Virus record (IMG/VR): IMGVR_UViG_3300022562_000354
Span: 1 to 64,000 of that record
Source of the DNA: a virus
DNA: 64,000 bases
Reading direction: 5' to 3' (one strand)
The position numbers and the translations under genes were made by a program. The notes under the pieces were generated by a model. It saw only the letters and a list, made by a program, of their open reading frames with translations, was not told the origin of the DNA and searched no databases. This document shows positions 54,701-64,000 of this stretch, piece by piece (the stretch's first letter is position 1; every line of letters begins with the position of its first letter).

Positions 54701-56334
54701 ACCTTGATGCGGTCACCAAGTCCATCCCCATCCGCCAGCTCAGTGTCCCACTGATTTGCGGCTCGCTGCCGCGTTGTGAGGGCGTTGATGCTGAGCGACC
54801 ACGAGGTACCGACCGGCTGTTGCGCCGGAATGACGACCGGGGCCGTGAACGGGGTGCAGAGGATCTCCACCTTCTGCTGGACCGCTGCATCGGAGAAGAC
54901 CATGCGGACGTTGTCGGGGGTATCGAGCCCCGTAACACCCAACCCGGCCGCCGAACTGCTGATCTTGTCCTCGTAGAAGACGATCGGACCTTGGGGGCCG
55001 ACACCTGAACGCTTCCAGTTGGACCTGAGCTGCCCCTTGAGGAGCTTGTCCAGGTTCGCCGACAGGAGCGTCTGGTAGTCGAAACCAGCCGGGTTGACGA
55101 TGTGCCGCAGGTCGAGAACGTCCGTGGCAGCGATCTGATCCGAGAAGAGCCCATCCGGACGGCCGGAGAGGATCTTGATGGTCGAGCCAGCCGCGTGAGC
55201 CTCGGCGATCGAGCCGTTTACCCCTCGTACGAGGCCCTGAACGGCGGTCCCGCTGATCGACGAGTACGTCATGTACTCGTCGTTGATCTGAATCAGGACC
55301 GGCGAGGCAGGAGCCAAGGGGAGGGCGATGTTGTCCGCTGAGATGAGAGCGAGGGCGGTCGAGCTTTCCGTGATGGAATTTAGAAGGGTCGGGACCGTAC
55401 TGAAGGTCTTGATCCCCGTCCTATCCGTCGCCGTTGGGTTACGGTTGAACGACCCGTTGAGATTCTGGCTGGGGTCACCGGCCCAAACGACCGAGTTGCG
55501 ACGGAACACGACGCAAAGGGGGATGGCGTACGAGTAACCATCCACGGTCCCAAGGTCGTTCGCCGTACCGTCACCAGCTCGCCAGAGACCGGGATCCCCC
55601 AATTCCTGACGCATGTTCGTGAACGTGTACGAGGTCGTAGCCGTAGCCGCCCCTTGAGCCTTCACGATCGTCGGGTCGAACCCGCTCGGGTACGTGGCAA
55701 GACCGATGAGGCCCTTCACGACTCGGATGCGATACTGGATCTGAACGCGCTGCGTCGTTTCGACCCCGATGGCCGGGTCTTGGATGTCGTCCGCGAGGAA
55801 GCTGAAACCACCCTCGACGTTGCCGTAGCGGTAGATGCCAGATGAGCTGGGCTTGTTGAGGCTGGAAGGCCCCGGTGGGATCCTCGCCTGCCAGACTTCG
55901 AGGAACACGAAGTCCGCTCGGAAGTCACCGCTGTTCGACGGGGGTGGGTCGAGTGCGATCTTGTTCCACGTGTCCGCGTTGTTTGGAGAGCCCGGAGGGG
56001 TGCCGGTCTTGGTGCCGGACACGGGGATGAGCCACCCGTTGACGTTGGCCCACATGATCGAACGGGTCTCACCCGTTCGTTGACGACCGAACTGGAACCA
56101 GTTTGACCAGATCGGGTTCGTGAGGAAGTCCTTGGACGGGTTGGTCTCGTTGCCGAGAAAGCCAGAAGGGCTCCCTCGGAGCACGAGCTGCTGGCGCCAG
56201 TCCTGCGAGAGCTGCTGTAGAAGGTTCAGCTCGCTGTCGAGCGGGGGCTTTCCTTGTTGCCACAAAACAAGCGAAAAGTTCGCTTGCTTCGGGTCCAAGA
56301 CCCGCGAAACCCCCGTGCCGAAGTTATCACCCAT
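51769..56334 (-). CDS. Large virion structural protein (baseplate/tail-associated)
   Basis: N-terminal WQQGKPPLDSELN and DFVFLEVW...ETTQRVQIQYRIRV, typical of baseplate/fibre-attachment proteins; repeated TTFTD modules. Confidence 0.7.
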   Translation of the reverse strand: MGDNFGTGVSRVLDPKQANFSLVLWQQGKPPLDSELNLLQQLSQDWRQQLVLRGSPSGFLGNETNPSKDFLTNPIWSNWFQFGRQRTGETRSIMWANVNGWLIPVSGTKTGTPPGSPNNADTWNKIALDPPPSNSGDFRADFVFLEVWQARIPPGPSSLNKPSSSGIYRYGNVEGGFSFLADDIQDPAIGVETTQRVQIQYRIRVVKGLIGLATYPSGFDPTIVKAQGAATATTSYTFTNMRQELGDPGLWRAGDGTANDLGTVDGYSYAIPLCVVFRRNSVVWAGDPSQNLNGSFNRNPTATDRTGIKTFSTVPTLLNSITESSTALALISADNIALPLAPASPVLIQINDEYMTYSSISGTAVQGLVRGVNGSIAEAHAAGSTIKILSGRPDGLFSDQIAATDVLDLRHIVNPAGFDYQTLLSANLDKLLKGQLRSNWKRSGVGPQGPIVFYEDKISSSAAGLGVTGLDTPDNVRMVFSDAAVQQKVEILCTPFTAPVVIPAQQPVGTSWSLSINALTTRQRAANQWDTELADGDGLGDRIKVTVSQFKNTVPGADADQVRFLNEVPAESANGISDGSTTFTDSTVDFLVPGVEPGDTLVIFTGAAKGDYRVESVTDANALVVDRVVPATTSTYVIRKGRGAIEIRIDGYEEPLPPHRYSITPSNPDAVDDVVIEFKGAGVPFPFAQTLYITAHLQYGPGRGLSRRPDSIHNITLFNPNSDLLIQPSAVPSTNFPMRTGWALLWSKFRNETFKGLLPVTAEAYADLGSKTVIVTPFRRIAYPATPTGIRTQDGSNTNRYTSSFATGTTGSSVGSTTFTDGAASFIAAGIVEDDLLYIPSGVAQGHYRVVSFTGTTIDVDRPIPTDTNITYSVYHTQGLMPLKKLDGTTAKWGTVDPLGLFSGSGDSDAERKNFYVTLPRHLVPGWGAVHAPILPENGTVFHRGLNFMLQSREGLNTSVTDSDHCKQYINYTSNVPLSYASMSTGNFSGLTIVPATYNSTFSFGGITHAGARFFTDSRGLGRQGLELPPFYGIARLFAVYEASDYKANGSGVNASTRESLGVGAVNLLRQNFKGPTFWIEIDDDGDSTFIINADALDLSKSPVPIPTFSSKHYVIEASLFGFDRGSFDLNKPFRLILSRDRTQANTGVRATNTNVAIFGPVSILPGPMSASDTALINYSRTPYMGDPWGSQSTYLDLGYSPGPFQTTTAYQLASAQLDEASLTRPNQKALEILASVGFITTLGTGRLSGDVVPANAYDIRNVGFEDQGAYPPVTGIDPRPRILMGALTGATASEVNPEYLGCSERLPIGGFWKDKDFRGGFFTNVSKASLTYLDKVGAGFGTTSLAKTKLLEQEEINLLPASLSSGQAGEVMVQVDGESGNYTLLTNFRTFRGGSAFTASGDRPGGEVFTVYDNLDVINPSSRVIVGRAFLVRNSVTNVGGNEASAGDELMMAIVTTTHTLEPNVPRSSSLYIGTNGTGEGVSAAELYRIEGHPLVMNHVKYEVDPATITLSNKLPPGSL

Positions 56335-56370
56335 TGGCGCTCATCTCCATCTCGTCTAGCCCTTGGGGTC

Positions 56371-56380
56371 TATCAAAAGA
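56371..56380 (-). promoter_or_regulatory. Putative late promoter TCTTTTGATA
   Basis: Upstream of the 1521-aa structural gene. Confidence 0.5.
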
Positions 56381-56388
56381 ACCGGGGT

Positions 56389-57072
56389 TCAGAAGAGGAC
56401 CGCCCACGAGCCGATTAGGACCCGGTCAGGTACACCGCCTCCGTGAGCGGTCAGCCGTGTGAACCTCAAAACAACGCTGGTTCCACGACTGGGGATGGGA
56501 ACCGAGATGAGAGCCTTGTCGGTGGTGGCGACGAAAGAGCTACCTCCGTTGAAACTGACCTCGACGGAAACATCAACGTCGGGGGTCAGCTCCTTGTAGG
56601 AACGAACGTAGGCGGAGTCCTTGTCATCCGTATCGACGTACGTGAAAAGCTCGTACGTCAGGAGAGCCTGCGCAGGCCCCGGAGGGGCTCCGCCCCAGAT
56701 GATCGCCTCGGGCGTCGTGGTGAGCATGGGGGTATGAGGGGTTGGGTTCGAGAGGCTCGTGTGATAGAGCCCGATGGTCCCCTTGTCCCCAAGCGTGACG
56801 CCCGTGGTGAGAAGCTCGCTTGTATTGTCGACCCCGGTGGCGTCCAACATCGTATCGTAGACGACCTGCGTGAACGACCCGTACGTCCCAAGTATGCCTT
56901 GGTACTTCTTGGTGAGAAGGTTCGCGAGGCTCGTCGGGTTCTTGACGGACACGTCGTCGGGGATCCGAACAACGTAGTTGCCGGTGATGTCCGTCTGAGG
57001 GTTGACTCCCGTGGCGGCAACAACGCCGTTGATCTGGTCGTCGAAGTGACTGATGAGGTAGTGGGTCGACAT
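56389..57072 (-). CDS. Virion structural protein
   Basis: Beta-rich (VSVEVSFNGG); lies between the two large structural genes. Confidence 0.55.
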   Translation of the reverse strand: MSTHYLISHFDDQINGVVAATGVNPQTDITGNYVVRIPDDVSVKNPTSLANLLTKKYQGILGTYGSFTQVVYDTMLDATGVDNTSELLTTGVTLGDKGTIGLYHTSLSNPTPHTPMLTTTPEAIIWGGAPPGPAQALLTYELFTYVDTDDKDSAYVRSYKELTPDVDVSVEVSFNGGSSFVATTDKALISVPIPSRGTSVVLRFTRLTAHGGGVPDRVLIGSWAVLF

Positions 57073-57075
57073 AGC

Positions 57076-60000
57076 TCACTTCCTCTGGTTGGAGCTAGGT
57101 AGGATGTTTCGTTCTTGAGAGCCGTTTGGATTGAGCTTCCAACCGTACTTACCAAGTGCGGTCGAACGAACGTTCGTGAGCGTCAAGGTGTCTACCTTCC
57201 CAGCGGGGGTCGAGAGTTGGACCCCGACCTTCGGACGACGGATGTACCGGATGGCGGTTGCCGAGTCAGCCGTCACCTCCCCGATCTCAACACCCCCGCT
57301 CTTGTGAACCTGGCGTGCGAGGTTGATGTAGCACTCGGAGATGTCAGCAACACCGGAGAACCAGACGTTGTCGATCGACACCCCATCGGCGTCCAGAACC
57401 TCTACGGCAGGGAGTCCTGAAGAGAACGTGAGCAAGAAGGTGTCCTCGCGAGGAAGGATCCACTTCTTGAAGTCTGCTTGGTTCGAGATGAAGCCAGCAA
57501 CATCGCTGACCTCCGTAGAGTCAACATCCGTGAACGACTGATTGCCGCTCCGCGACAAGACGTTCCACCAGTAATACGTTTGCGGTCTGACAATCGTGTA
57601 GCTCTCGAACGTGACCGCCGTACCCGGTGGATCGTAGTAGGGGAGGTTGATCGAAAGGTGCGTGGCATCGCGCACCTTCTCAACGATCCGGTACATATCC
57701 CCCCAAGGACCGCTGAACCAGATGGAGTCCCCCACGGCGACGCTATCGGCGATGAAGTCGTCACCGGCAGCAAACATGGACATGTAGTTCGGGTTGGAAA
57801 AATCTGCCGTACCAGAGGTGATAGGTTCCTCCCAGGTGGCGACGTACCGAAGGCCAGCTATGTAGTCATTGGGAGACCCCGCTCCGTGGGTCATGGTTCG
57901 ACCAGACCACGCGGTCACGTCGTAGTTCCAGTAGGTGTACGGCGTGCCGGCGGTGCCGTATTCGTAGTTCTTCACCCAATCGAAGTAACCGCCGACCCAA
58001 CTGACCGATACCGACCACTTGTTGAGCTTGTCGTTCCAAACGACGTGAACACCGAAGCAGTCGGCCCAAATACCTGAACCATACTGCGGACCCGGCCACG
58101 TGCCGTTCGTGTTCCCGAGGAAGTGTGGGTTACCGTCGAACCAGATGTCTTCCCCGAAGTTATCGTTAGACAAGACCTGGAAGTCTCTCGTAACGTGATA
58201 AAAGGTGATGAAATTGTAGTTTGCCGTAACAACGAGGAAGGTGTCCCCGTTGAAGGCCATCGCGTGGCTGGCTCCCGTCCCTGAGAAGAACAGGGCCACG
58301 GGCTCCCGGCACCTCCCCTCGGGCAACGTGAAGGAGGTGATGTAGAGGTCGTCGAAGTAGCCATCGTGGTAGAGGATGATGTACTCGCCGGTCTTCCAGT
58401 CGTACTCCATCGCCACGATGCGGCTGACGTCGAGCGGTTGAGGGGCTCCGCTGATCCAACCCTTCCAGACGATAGGCTGAGCCATCGTCGCCAGCGCTGT
58501 AGCCGGAACGTCAACACCCGCAGGCAGAGGTAGCGACGTCTTGATGGAGGGGTTCAGAACTCCCCCAGAGGGACCTCCGATGGCTTGGTGACCAGCCGGC
58601 AACCCTCCGCTTTGGATGTGTCCGTACGCATCGATCGGACCCCCTTGGAGGTCCGTGGACAGGTATACCGTTCGGGTTCTCGGATTGAAGCTAACGATAC
58701 CGTAGGTACCAACGTTGAGGTTGGTACCCGTATCCTTCGTGATAACGAGAAGGTCCCCTGGTAGGGGGAGGGCGATGTTAACGTTGTCGAGAACGAGGGA
58801 GCTGTTGTTAATAACCCCCAAGCGCAGCTCGGAGCTGTCACCCATGTTCTTGATGACGTTATCCGCTCCGATCGCCTTGATTTGTTGCTTGTGACCAAAA
58901 CCCTCCTCGGGTACACACACGCACTTCGGGATGTTCCGACGCGTGGCCGTGGAGAGCCCCCCGTCCTCCAAGTTGTCCATATGGGCGAAGGTGATCACAA
59001 ATTGGTGACCATCCCAAACTACCTTCGGTGAGCTAAACACCGACTGGTCAGCGTAGGACGCATTGATCGCGTCAACGTCGATGGTGTGCGCTGGCACACC
59101 CATCCCCTTCACGGGATACAGGTCAGATGCGAACGTGGTGTCTGACGGAGGATTGGCTGCAACTGGGAAGAGGCTGTAGCCGATCATGGACCCACCAGCC
59201 GCTACCTGATAGTTGGTATGGTTGGTGTTCATCAGACCCATCGTCCAAACAACACAGAAGACCTTACCGCTGAAGGCCACGTCAATCAGGATCATCTGAC
59301 GAGCCTCTCCATCCCCAGACATGCTGTGGAGGATGGACGAGGCGACAACGCGAGGAGCGTTCGGCCTTGAAACCATAACGGCGGGAGTGGTGTTACCCTC
59401 AACCACGTTGATTCCAGTCAGCTCGTTCGGGATCCAATCCGTGCCTTCGCTTCCGGGGAAGCGAACCATGGAGACGACCCCACGGACCTTCGGTTGAACC
59501 TCAACGTTGTTTGCACCGATCCACGGAGTAGCGCCCGCGTGATCAGGGTCATGGGCGCATTGGATCACGTGGTGAGCGTAGAATGCGACGAAGTCCTTAC
59601 CATCCCAAATGACCCGTGGTGCATGCGCTTGGGCCGGGATGATGTAGTTTCGGTCTATGTTGTAACCCCATTGGTTCTGCGCGGGTTCTGTAGAAGGCGG
59701 GCCGGGGATGATCGGACCACGGATCCGAAGGGCGTCCGAACCAAGAGCGTTCGTGTAGACACCGTTTACCCCACCTCGGTACGAGGACTCCTCGTATGGG
59801 TTCGCCCTGGCGTAGCCAACGACCCCGGCTGTGTCATTGAACCCATCGAAGTTGATGTGAGCGAAGAAGTTGCGGAACCCGTCCGTAGCGAAGAAGGGGT
59901 TGCCTCCAGTGAGCCAACCGTGCCTCGTAAAGATGTGGTTTCGAGCTTCCAGCCGGAACTTCTGCTGTTGGGCGCCTCGGATCGCCATGTCCTTGAGGCC

Positions 60001-63000
60001 GCTACCCCAAGGACCAAAACTCTGACGGTAGAAGCACGTGAGGTTGTTGAGCGTGTTGAAGGGGGCGTTCACGCTTCCCGTCAGAACACGATCCACGAAG
60101 CCGTAGAAGTTGTCGCCCCACGAGATCGCCAGCATGGGGAACTCGTCCGGTCGAACTTCAGAGCACCCCTTGGGGGATCCGACAGCTACGCCTCGGTAGT
60201 GTAGATCGAGGTCAATTCGACTCCCAGGGATGAGGTCGTTCCAATTAATTTTGGAGCCGGGTGTGGTGCGATCATCCCCAAAGAGGAGGGTACCGCCCCC
60301 GCTCTTGTCGTCGTCACCCCACATACCCGCTCGATAGATGACTTCCGAGCTTCGATAGAATGCGGGGTACGTGTCTGGGGCGATGACGGCAACGTCTCGG
60401 GGCTCCTCCGCAAACGTCCAGAAGTTGGTGGAAACGGTGACTTCACCGTCTGGGTTGACACGGTAACCGGGGTTCTTGATCCCGCCCTTCGTCACGTTGT
60501 AGGACTGCTCCGGGGTGCCGGAACCGCCCATGACCAACCGCCACGTATAGACGTTCCCGATGGTAAGACCGGGAACCGCACCCGAGAGCTGGATGACGTG
60601 CTCCGAGTGCGTATTGGACGCATTGGTGACGATCGACGCGTATTGGTCGACCGCTGGGAAGTAGGCGTACCCTCCGGCAACGGTACCAGGGAGCGGAGTC
60701 CCGTCGATCCCATTGTCTTGGAAGGTGGTCCCACCCCAGATCATCGTGGGGTCCGAGAGATAGTAGTTACCGCCCGTGAAGATGTACTGCCCCGTGTCCG
60801 ATTCAATTCGGTTGACGGAGGGGCTCACCACCGTCCAGTCCTGACCGGACCACGTGACATCCGGGATGAACGAGCACGGGCGGGTTTCGGACCAAGGGAT
60901 CGAGTAGAACCTAGCTCCGATCGACATCTCCCAGTTTTCGGCCGTGGAGACCGTGATGCCGTTGTTGTTGGGGAGCGCCATGACCCGACCACCCAAAGCT
61001 CGCTGGGAGGTCGTGGAATCGGACGCAGCACGCGTGTAGAAGTGGTTGGGGGTTGTTACGAAGTTGGTAGACAGACCCGAGTACCCGGTGTTCTGCCAGC
61101 CACCAAGATTGGTGGCTCCCGGACCCTTGATGTAACCCTGCGCTCCGATCAATACGAAGCAGGTACTCAAGTGCAACCGATGAGCCGACTGGCTGAGGGC
61201 AACCCCGCCCGTCTGGTCGATGAGGTTCGTATTGAAACCCCCGTCCCAGTTCTTGATCGTGTTCTTGGACAAGAACGTGTTTGTGTCGAACGACTGGTAC
61301 ACGAGGATCCAGCCGTCATCCCCCTTCGAGAGCCTCGGGAAGTCCGGCTCTCGGATATCGTTGAGGTAGACGTTGGCCAAGGTGGTAGCAGGGACCGTCT
61401 TGGGAGTTCCTCGTCCTCCAACCGCCGCACGAGGAACTTGGGCAGTCGCTCCATTGTGCCAGATCGTATAGATCGTTGAACGTGGGATGATGTAGTAGTC
61501 GAACGTACCTACCACATTGGAGAGGGTTTCGTTGTTGTCCCATCGAACGTTCAAGGTGCCTACAGAGACCGCCTGAACGACACCTCGGTACCCACGATCC
61601 GCTGCCGTTGGTCCAACGACCAAGACCCGAGATCCAACGGCCACACCCACTGCGGCGAAATCCGGGTAGGCTGGGTCCGTCAACGTGCAGTTCGGGGAGC
61701 CGTGAATGTACACTCCGGTCGTACCGTGAATCACGGCATGGCGGCGAGCGGACCAGCAGAAGAGGAACCCGGATTCCCCATCTTCGGAAACATCCGAGCC
61801 TGAAATGACATGCCCACCGCTAAGTCCGAGGTCCCCGCTGTAAGTCTCGGTACCTGTTGTGGCGTCGAAGATGCGCCACCGGCCGGACATGTTCGTCCCG
61901 CCTGGCGTGAACGAATTTGAGGAGGAGATTCCGATCGTGTACACACCCCCCGAAACTTGAGGACTTGACGCAATCGAAGGTTGCGTCGTGAGACCCCCTG
62001 GGGCCACGTCGATCGAGTTGGGGAACCGCGTGGCGAACGAGACGGCTCCTTGGGCGAAGGTGGGGACAACGACATTCCAATGGACCGCAGGGCCGTCCGG
62101 AGCAGATCGCTCCTCTACCCATACGACGGCGTACTCGTCCGTGAAGGGTTGGTGCGAGATACGAGGGTAGTGAGCCGGAGTGTACTCCGCCACATTGGTC
62201 AAGGCGCCCGTAGCGTACGTGAACAGATTGGCAGATCCGTCCTTGACGTTGAGCATGTTAGGGCCGAGGACCGAAGTACCGTCCGGGTTGATCTCGTCGA
62301 ACCAAATTGAATTGGTATCGAGATCCGCGTAAACAACACCCCACACTCGACGAGTCGGGTTCCAGACGCAATCGAGCCCTTCCAGGTTTCCGGTTGAGCC
62401 CCAGTCGCGGTAAGGAGCCGTACACTGCGGCGTGGACCCCTGAACGAACGGGGTCTCCACAGCGGCCGGGCTTGCCCCAACTTCGTCCGTGTCGAAGTCG
62501 TAGACACCCCAGGACGTGTTCGGCCCGAACTTGAAAACGGTAGGCCAGTAGAAGTGGTAACCGCTGATGAACTTGGATTCGAGCTGGGTGGCCCGTCCTT
62601 CACCTTCCACCATGACGCCGGGGGGCACGTTCACGGTCTTGGCGATGAAATACTTACCCTTGCGGAGATGGACCGTACCGTAGCCTTCGATGGCCGACGC
62701 GATGAAGGCCGCCCGAAGTGTCTGGGCTTGCTCCGTGGTATCCCCAACGAAGCCGATGTACTTGGCGGTCGGGTTGTAGTCACCGCCAGGGCTCTGCGCG
62801 GGGGTCTCACCGCCGCCGACCGTGATTGCCGTCTTGTCGGCAATCACAAGCTCCCTTGCACTGGTTGGGTGGCCTCCACCCAACCCACGACCCTGACGGA
62901 TCATGGTGGGGGTGACTTGAGGCTCCCCGCTAGAGGTCCCGTCCTCTTTCAGACGGAAGCCTCGGAAGGGGTTGGAGCTGCCGAAGTAGTCGTGCTTGAA

Positions 63001-64000
63001 GCCGAACCCGAGCTTGGTTCCGGGATCCCATGACGGCCAGTTGGAGCTGTCACCGAGGGCTTCGAGAGCCATCGAATAGGTCTTGTCCGCGTCGAGCGTA
63101 CCAACCTGACCCATTCGCCAGACATCGTAGACGGGGTCGTAGAGGATCGCTGCGCCGAGCTTTGTCGCCTCTCCCGTGGTTCGCTGGTCATAGAGCGCTC
63201 GAACCGCACCGGCCGGGGTGAGGTCCCCAGCCAAGATGTCTACGATCTGAAAGAAGACCGCGTAGAGCTGGAGGCGGCCCGTAGACGGGTTGACCCCTTC
63301 GATACCCCCGGTGGGTTTGAAGTCGTCACCGGCTCGGGGGGCGACCGAAAGGCGGAGAATCCCGGCCTTGTAGTCGATCGTCATTCGTTGGTCGCCGATA
63401 TCGATCGTTGAGTCGATGATCGGGTTCAACGTGGCGATCGGAGACAACAGGTCCGGGTCGGTTCCCGCAGCGTTGCTCCGGTAGAAAATGGGGCGGTACC
63501 CGAGTTGTTCGAGGTTGCCCGCAGGACCCGCTCCTCGAAAGACCGCATCCGCACGGTCTGCGACCGAGGTAAAGCTGTCGACCTTGTTGATTCGAGGGTG
63601 GGCTACGTTTTTGACATGCCCGTAGTAGACATCGTTCGCATTGGGAACCGTCGCATCGTGCGTGGTGACCCCAGCGAACCAATCGTCGAAGAACAGGAAG
63701 CTCTGCTCCTGCCCGAGCGGTCCCGAACCGGGGATCGCGAAAAGTTGGACAGGCCGTGGCCGAACAACCGTGAACCTGTAGTAGTAGCTATCGACGGTGA
63801 GTTGGGTGGTAGGAGACCCGTACGGAGCGTTGATAGACGACAGAGTCAACGTCGTGGCGGTCGCCGAATCGACAACCGCCGTTGTCCAACGGTTGGAGGC
63901 GAACCCAACCGAGGACGCGACGATGAGGAGGATGTCGCCAGGTAGGACGCTACCGAACCCGGAATTTGCGTCCTCAAAGGTCGTCGCAGTCGCAGCGTAA
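57076..64000 (-). CDS. Giant tail fibre/tailspike-like protein (>2300 aa, 5'-truncated by the window)
   Basis: Frame stays open to 64000 (YAATATTFEDANSGFGSVLPGDILLI...); beta-helix start GTVHLRKGKY..VPPGVMVEGEG; repeated WDG/WNG propeller-like strands. Confidence 0.75.
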   Translation of the reverse strand, partial: YAATATTFEDANSGFGSVLPGDILLIVASSVGFASNRWTTAVVDSATATTLTLSSINAPYGSPTTQLTVDSYYYRFTVVRPRPVQLFAIPGSGPLGQEQSFLFFDDWFAGVTTHDATVPNANDVYYGHVKNVAHPRINKVDSFTSVADRADAVFRGAGPAGNLEQLGYRPIFYRSNAAGTDPDLLSPIATLNPIIDSTIDIGDQRMTIDYKAGILRLSVAPRAGDDFKPTGGIEGVNPSTGRLQLYAVFFQIVDILAGDLTPAGAVRALYDQRTTGEATKLGAAILYDPVYDVWRMGQVGTLDADKTYSMALEALGDSSNWPSWDPGTKLGFGFKHDYFGSSNPFRGFRLKEDGTSSGEPQVTPTMIRQGRGLGGGHPTSARELVIADKTAITVGGGETPAQSPGGDYNPTAKYIGFVGDTTEQAQTLRAAFIASAIEGYGTVHLRKGKYFIAKTVNVPPGVMVEGEGRATQLESKFISGYHFYWPTVFKFGPNTSWGVYDFDTDEVGASPAAVETPFVQGSTPQCTAPYRDWGSTGNLEGLDCVWNPTRRVWGVVYADLDTNSIWFDEINPDGTSVLGPNMLNVKDGSANLFTYATGALTNVAEYTPAHYPRISHQPFTDEYAVVWVEERSAPDGPAVHWNVVVPTFAQGAVSFATRFPNSIDVAPGGLTTQPSIASSPQVSGGVYTIGISSSNSFTPGGTNMSGRWRIFDATTGTETYSGDLGLSGGHVISGSDVSEDGESGFLFCWSARRHAVIHGTTGVYIHGSPNCTLTDPAYPDFAAVGVAVGSRVLVVGPTAADRGYRGVVQAVSVGTLNVRWDNNETLSNVVGTFDYYIIPRSTIYTIWHNGATAQVPRAAVGGRGTPKTVPATTLANVYLNDIREPDFPRLSKGDDGWILVYQSFDTNTFLSKNTIKNWDGGFNTNLIDQTGGVALSQSAHRLHLSTCFVLIGAQGYIKGPGATNLGGWQNTGYSGLSTNFVTTPNHFYTRAASDSTTSQRALGGRVMALPNNNGITVSTAENWEMSIGARFYSIPWSETRPCSFIPDVTWSGQDWTVVSPSVNRIESDTGQYIFTGGNYYLSDPTMIWGGTTFQDNGIDGTPLPGTVAGGYAYFPAVDQYASIVTNASNTHSEHVIQLSGAVPGLTIGNVYTWRLVMGGSGTPEQSYNVTKGGIKNPGYRVNPDGEVTVSTNFWTFAEEPRDVAVIAPDTYPAFYRSSEVIYRAGMWGDDDKSGGGTLLFGDDRTTPGSKINWNDLIPGSRIDLDLHYRGVAVGSPKGCSEVRPDEFPMLAISWGDNFYGFVDRVLTGSVNAPFNTLNNLTCFYRQSFGPWGSGLKDMAIRGAQQQKFRLEARNHIFTRHGWLTGGNPFFATDGFRNFFAHINFDGFNDTAGVVGYARANPYEESSYRGGVNGVYTNALGSDALRIRGPIIPGPPSTEPAQNQWGYNIDRNYIIPAQAHAPRVIWDGKDFVAFYAHHVIQCAHDPDHAGATPWIGANNVEVQPKVRGVVSMVRFPGSEGTDWIPNELTGINVVEGNTTPAVMVSRPNAPRVVASSILHSMSGDGEARQMILIDVAFSGKVFCVVWTMGLMNTNHTNYQVAAGGSMIGYSLFPVAANPPSDTTFASDLYPVKGMGVPAHTIDVDAINASYADQSVFSSPKVVWDGHQFVITFAHMDNLEDGGLSTATRRNIPKCVCVPEEGFGHKQQIKAIGADNVIKNMGDSSELRLGVINNSSLVLDNVNIALPLPGDLLVITKDTGTNLNVGTYGIVSFNPRTRTVYLSTDLQGGPIDAYGHIQSGGLPAGHQAIGGPSGGVLNPSIKTSLPLPAGVDVPATALATMAQPIVWKGWISGAPQPLDVSRIVAMEYDWKTGEYIILYHDGYFDDLYITSFTLPEGRCREPVALFFSGTGASHAMAFNGDTFLVVTANYNFITFYHVTRDFQVLSNDNFGEDIWFDGNPHFLGNTNGTWPGPQYGSGIWADCFGVHVVWNDKLNKWSVSVSWVGGYFDWVKNYEYGTAGTPYTYWNYDVTAWSGRTMTHGAGSPNDYIAGLRYVATWEEPITSGTADFSNPNYMSMFAAGDDFIADSVAVGDSIWFSGPWGDMYRIVEKVRDATHLSINLPYYDPPGTAVTFESYTIVRPQTYYWWNVLSRSGNQSFTDVDSTEVSDVAGFISNQADFKKWILPREDTFLLTFSSGLPAVEVLDADGVSIDNVWFSGVADISECYINLARQVHKSGGVEIGEVTADSATAIRYIRRPKVGVQLSTPAGKVDTLTLTNVRSTALGKYGWKLNPNGSQERNILPSSNQRK

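Noticed and set aside
50121-56437. CGGTGTA copies inside genes (50121 plus, 56431 minus)
   Set aside because: No suitably placed start codon; a few chance copies are expected for a 7-mer in 64 kb.
1-64000. tRNA, rRNA, integrase or IS elements; alternative genetic code
   Set aside because: None recognised by eye (tRNAscan-SE not run); conserved genes are intact and end at TAA, TAG or TGA under the standard code.

Overview
A 64 kb segment of a large, GC-rich (roughly 60-65% by eye), tailed dsDNA phage, probably jumbo-class. Genes are densely packed and mostly on the minus strand. From left to right: (i) accessory and host-manipulation genes, including a GT51 peptidoglycan transglycosylase, a dsRBD protein, a vWA protein, an HD/SpoT-like hydrolase, HNH, dam, DHH, YkgJ-like, histone-like, DUF1848, MazG-like and RNase HII; (ii) a 22-31 kb cluster of proteins sharing a short 'RNVVARF'-type peptide tag fused to unrelated cargo domains (J-domain, zeta-toxin-like kinase, zincin peptidases, ChaB-like, DUF5661-like), with clpX and a nitrilase embedded; (iii) nucleotide metabolism genes (folA, thyA, HAD nucleotidase) plus HU and a degenerate RecA-like protein; (iv) a Ycf46-like AAA / DUF1257 / DUF2997 triad; (v) a replication module (family A polymerase, stand-alone primase Zn finger, DnaB-like helicase, degenerate loader, SNF2 helicase); (vi) a holin-like membrane trio and very large tail/baseplate proteins that run off the right edge. 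The most notable signals read from the sequence are the modular peptide tag (candidate capsid-targeting and maturation system for injected effectors), a CGGTGTA element upstream of about 18 non-structural genes and spaced for leaderless mRNAs, a second T-rich 'TCTTTxGATA' element upstream of virion and tagged genes, and two further short shared peptide motifs (YxYDR and a C-terminal RFxR-acidic tail). No rRNA, tRNA, CRISPR array or integrase was recognised. Domain calls come from motif recognition by eye; no database searches were run.
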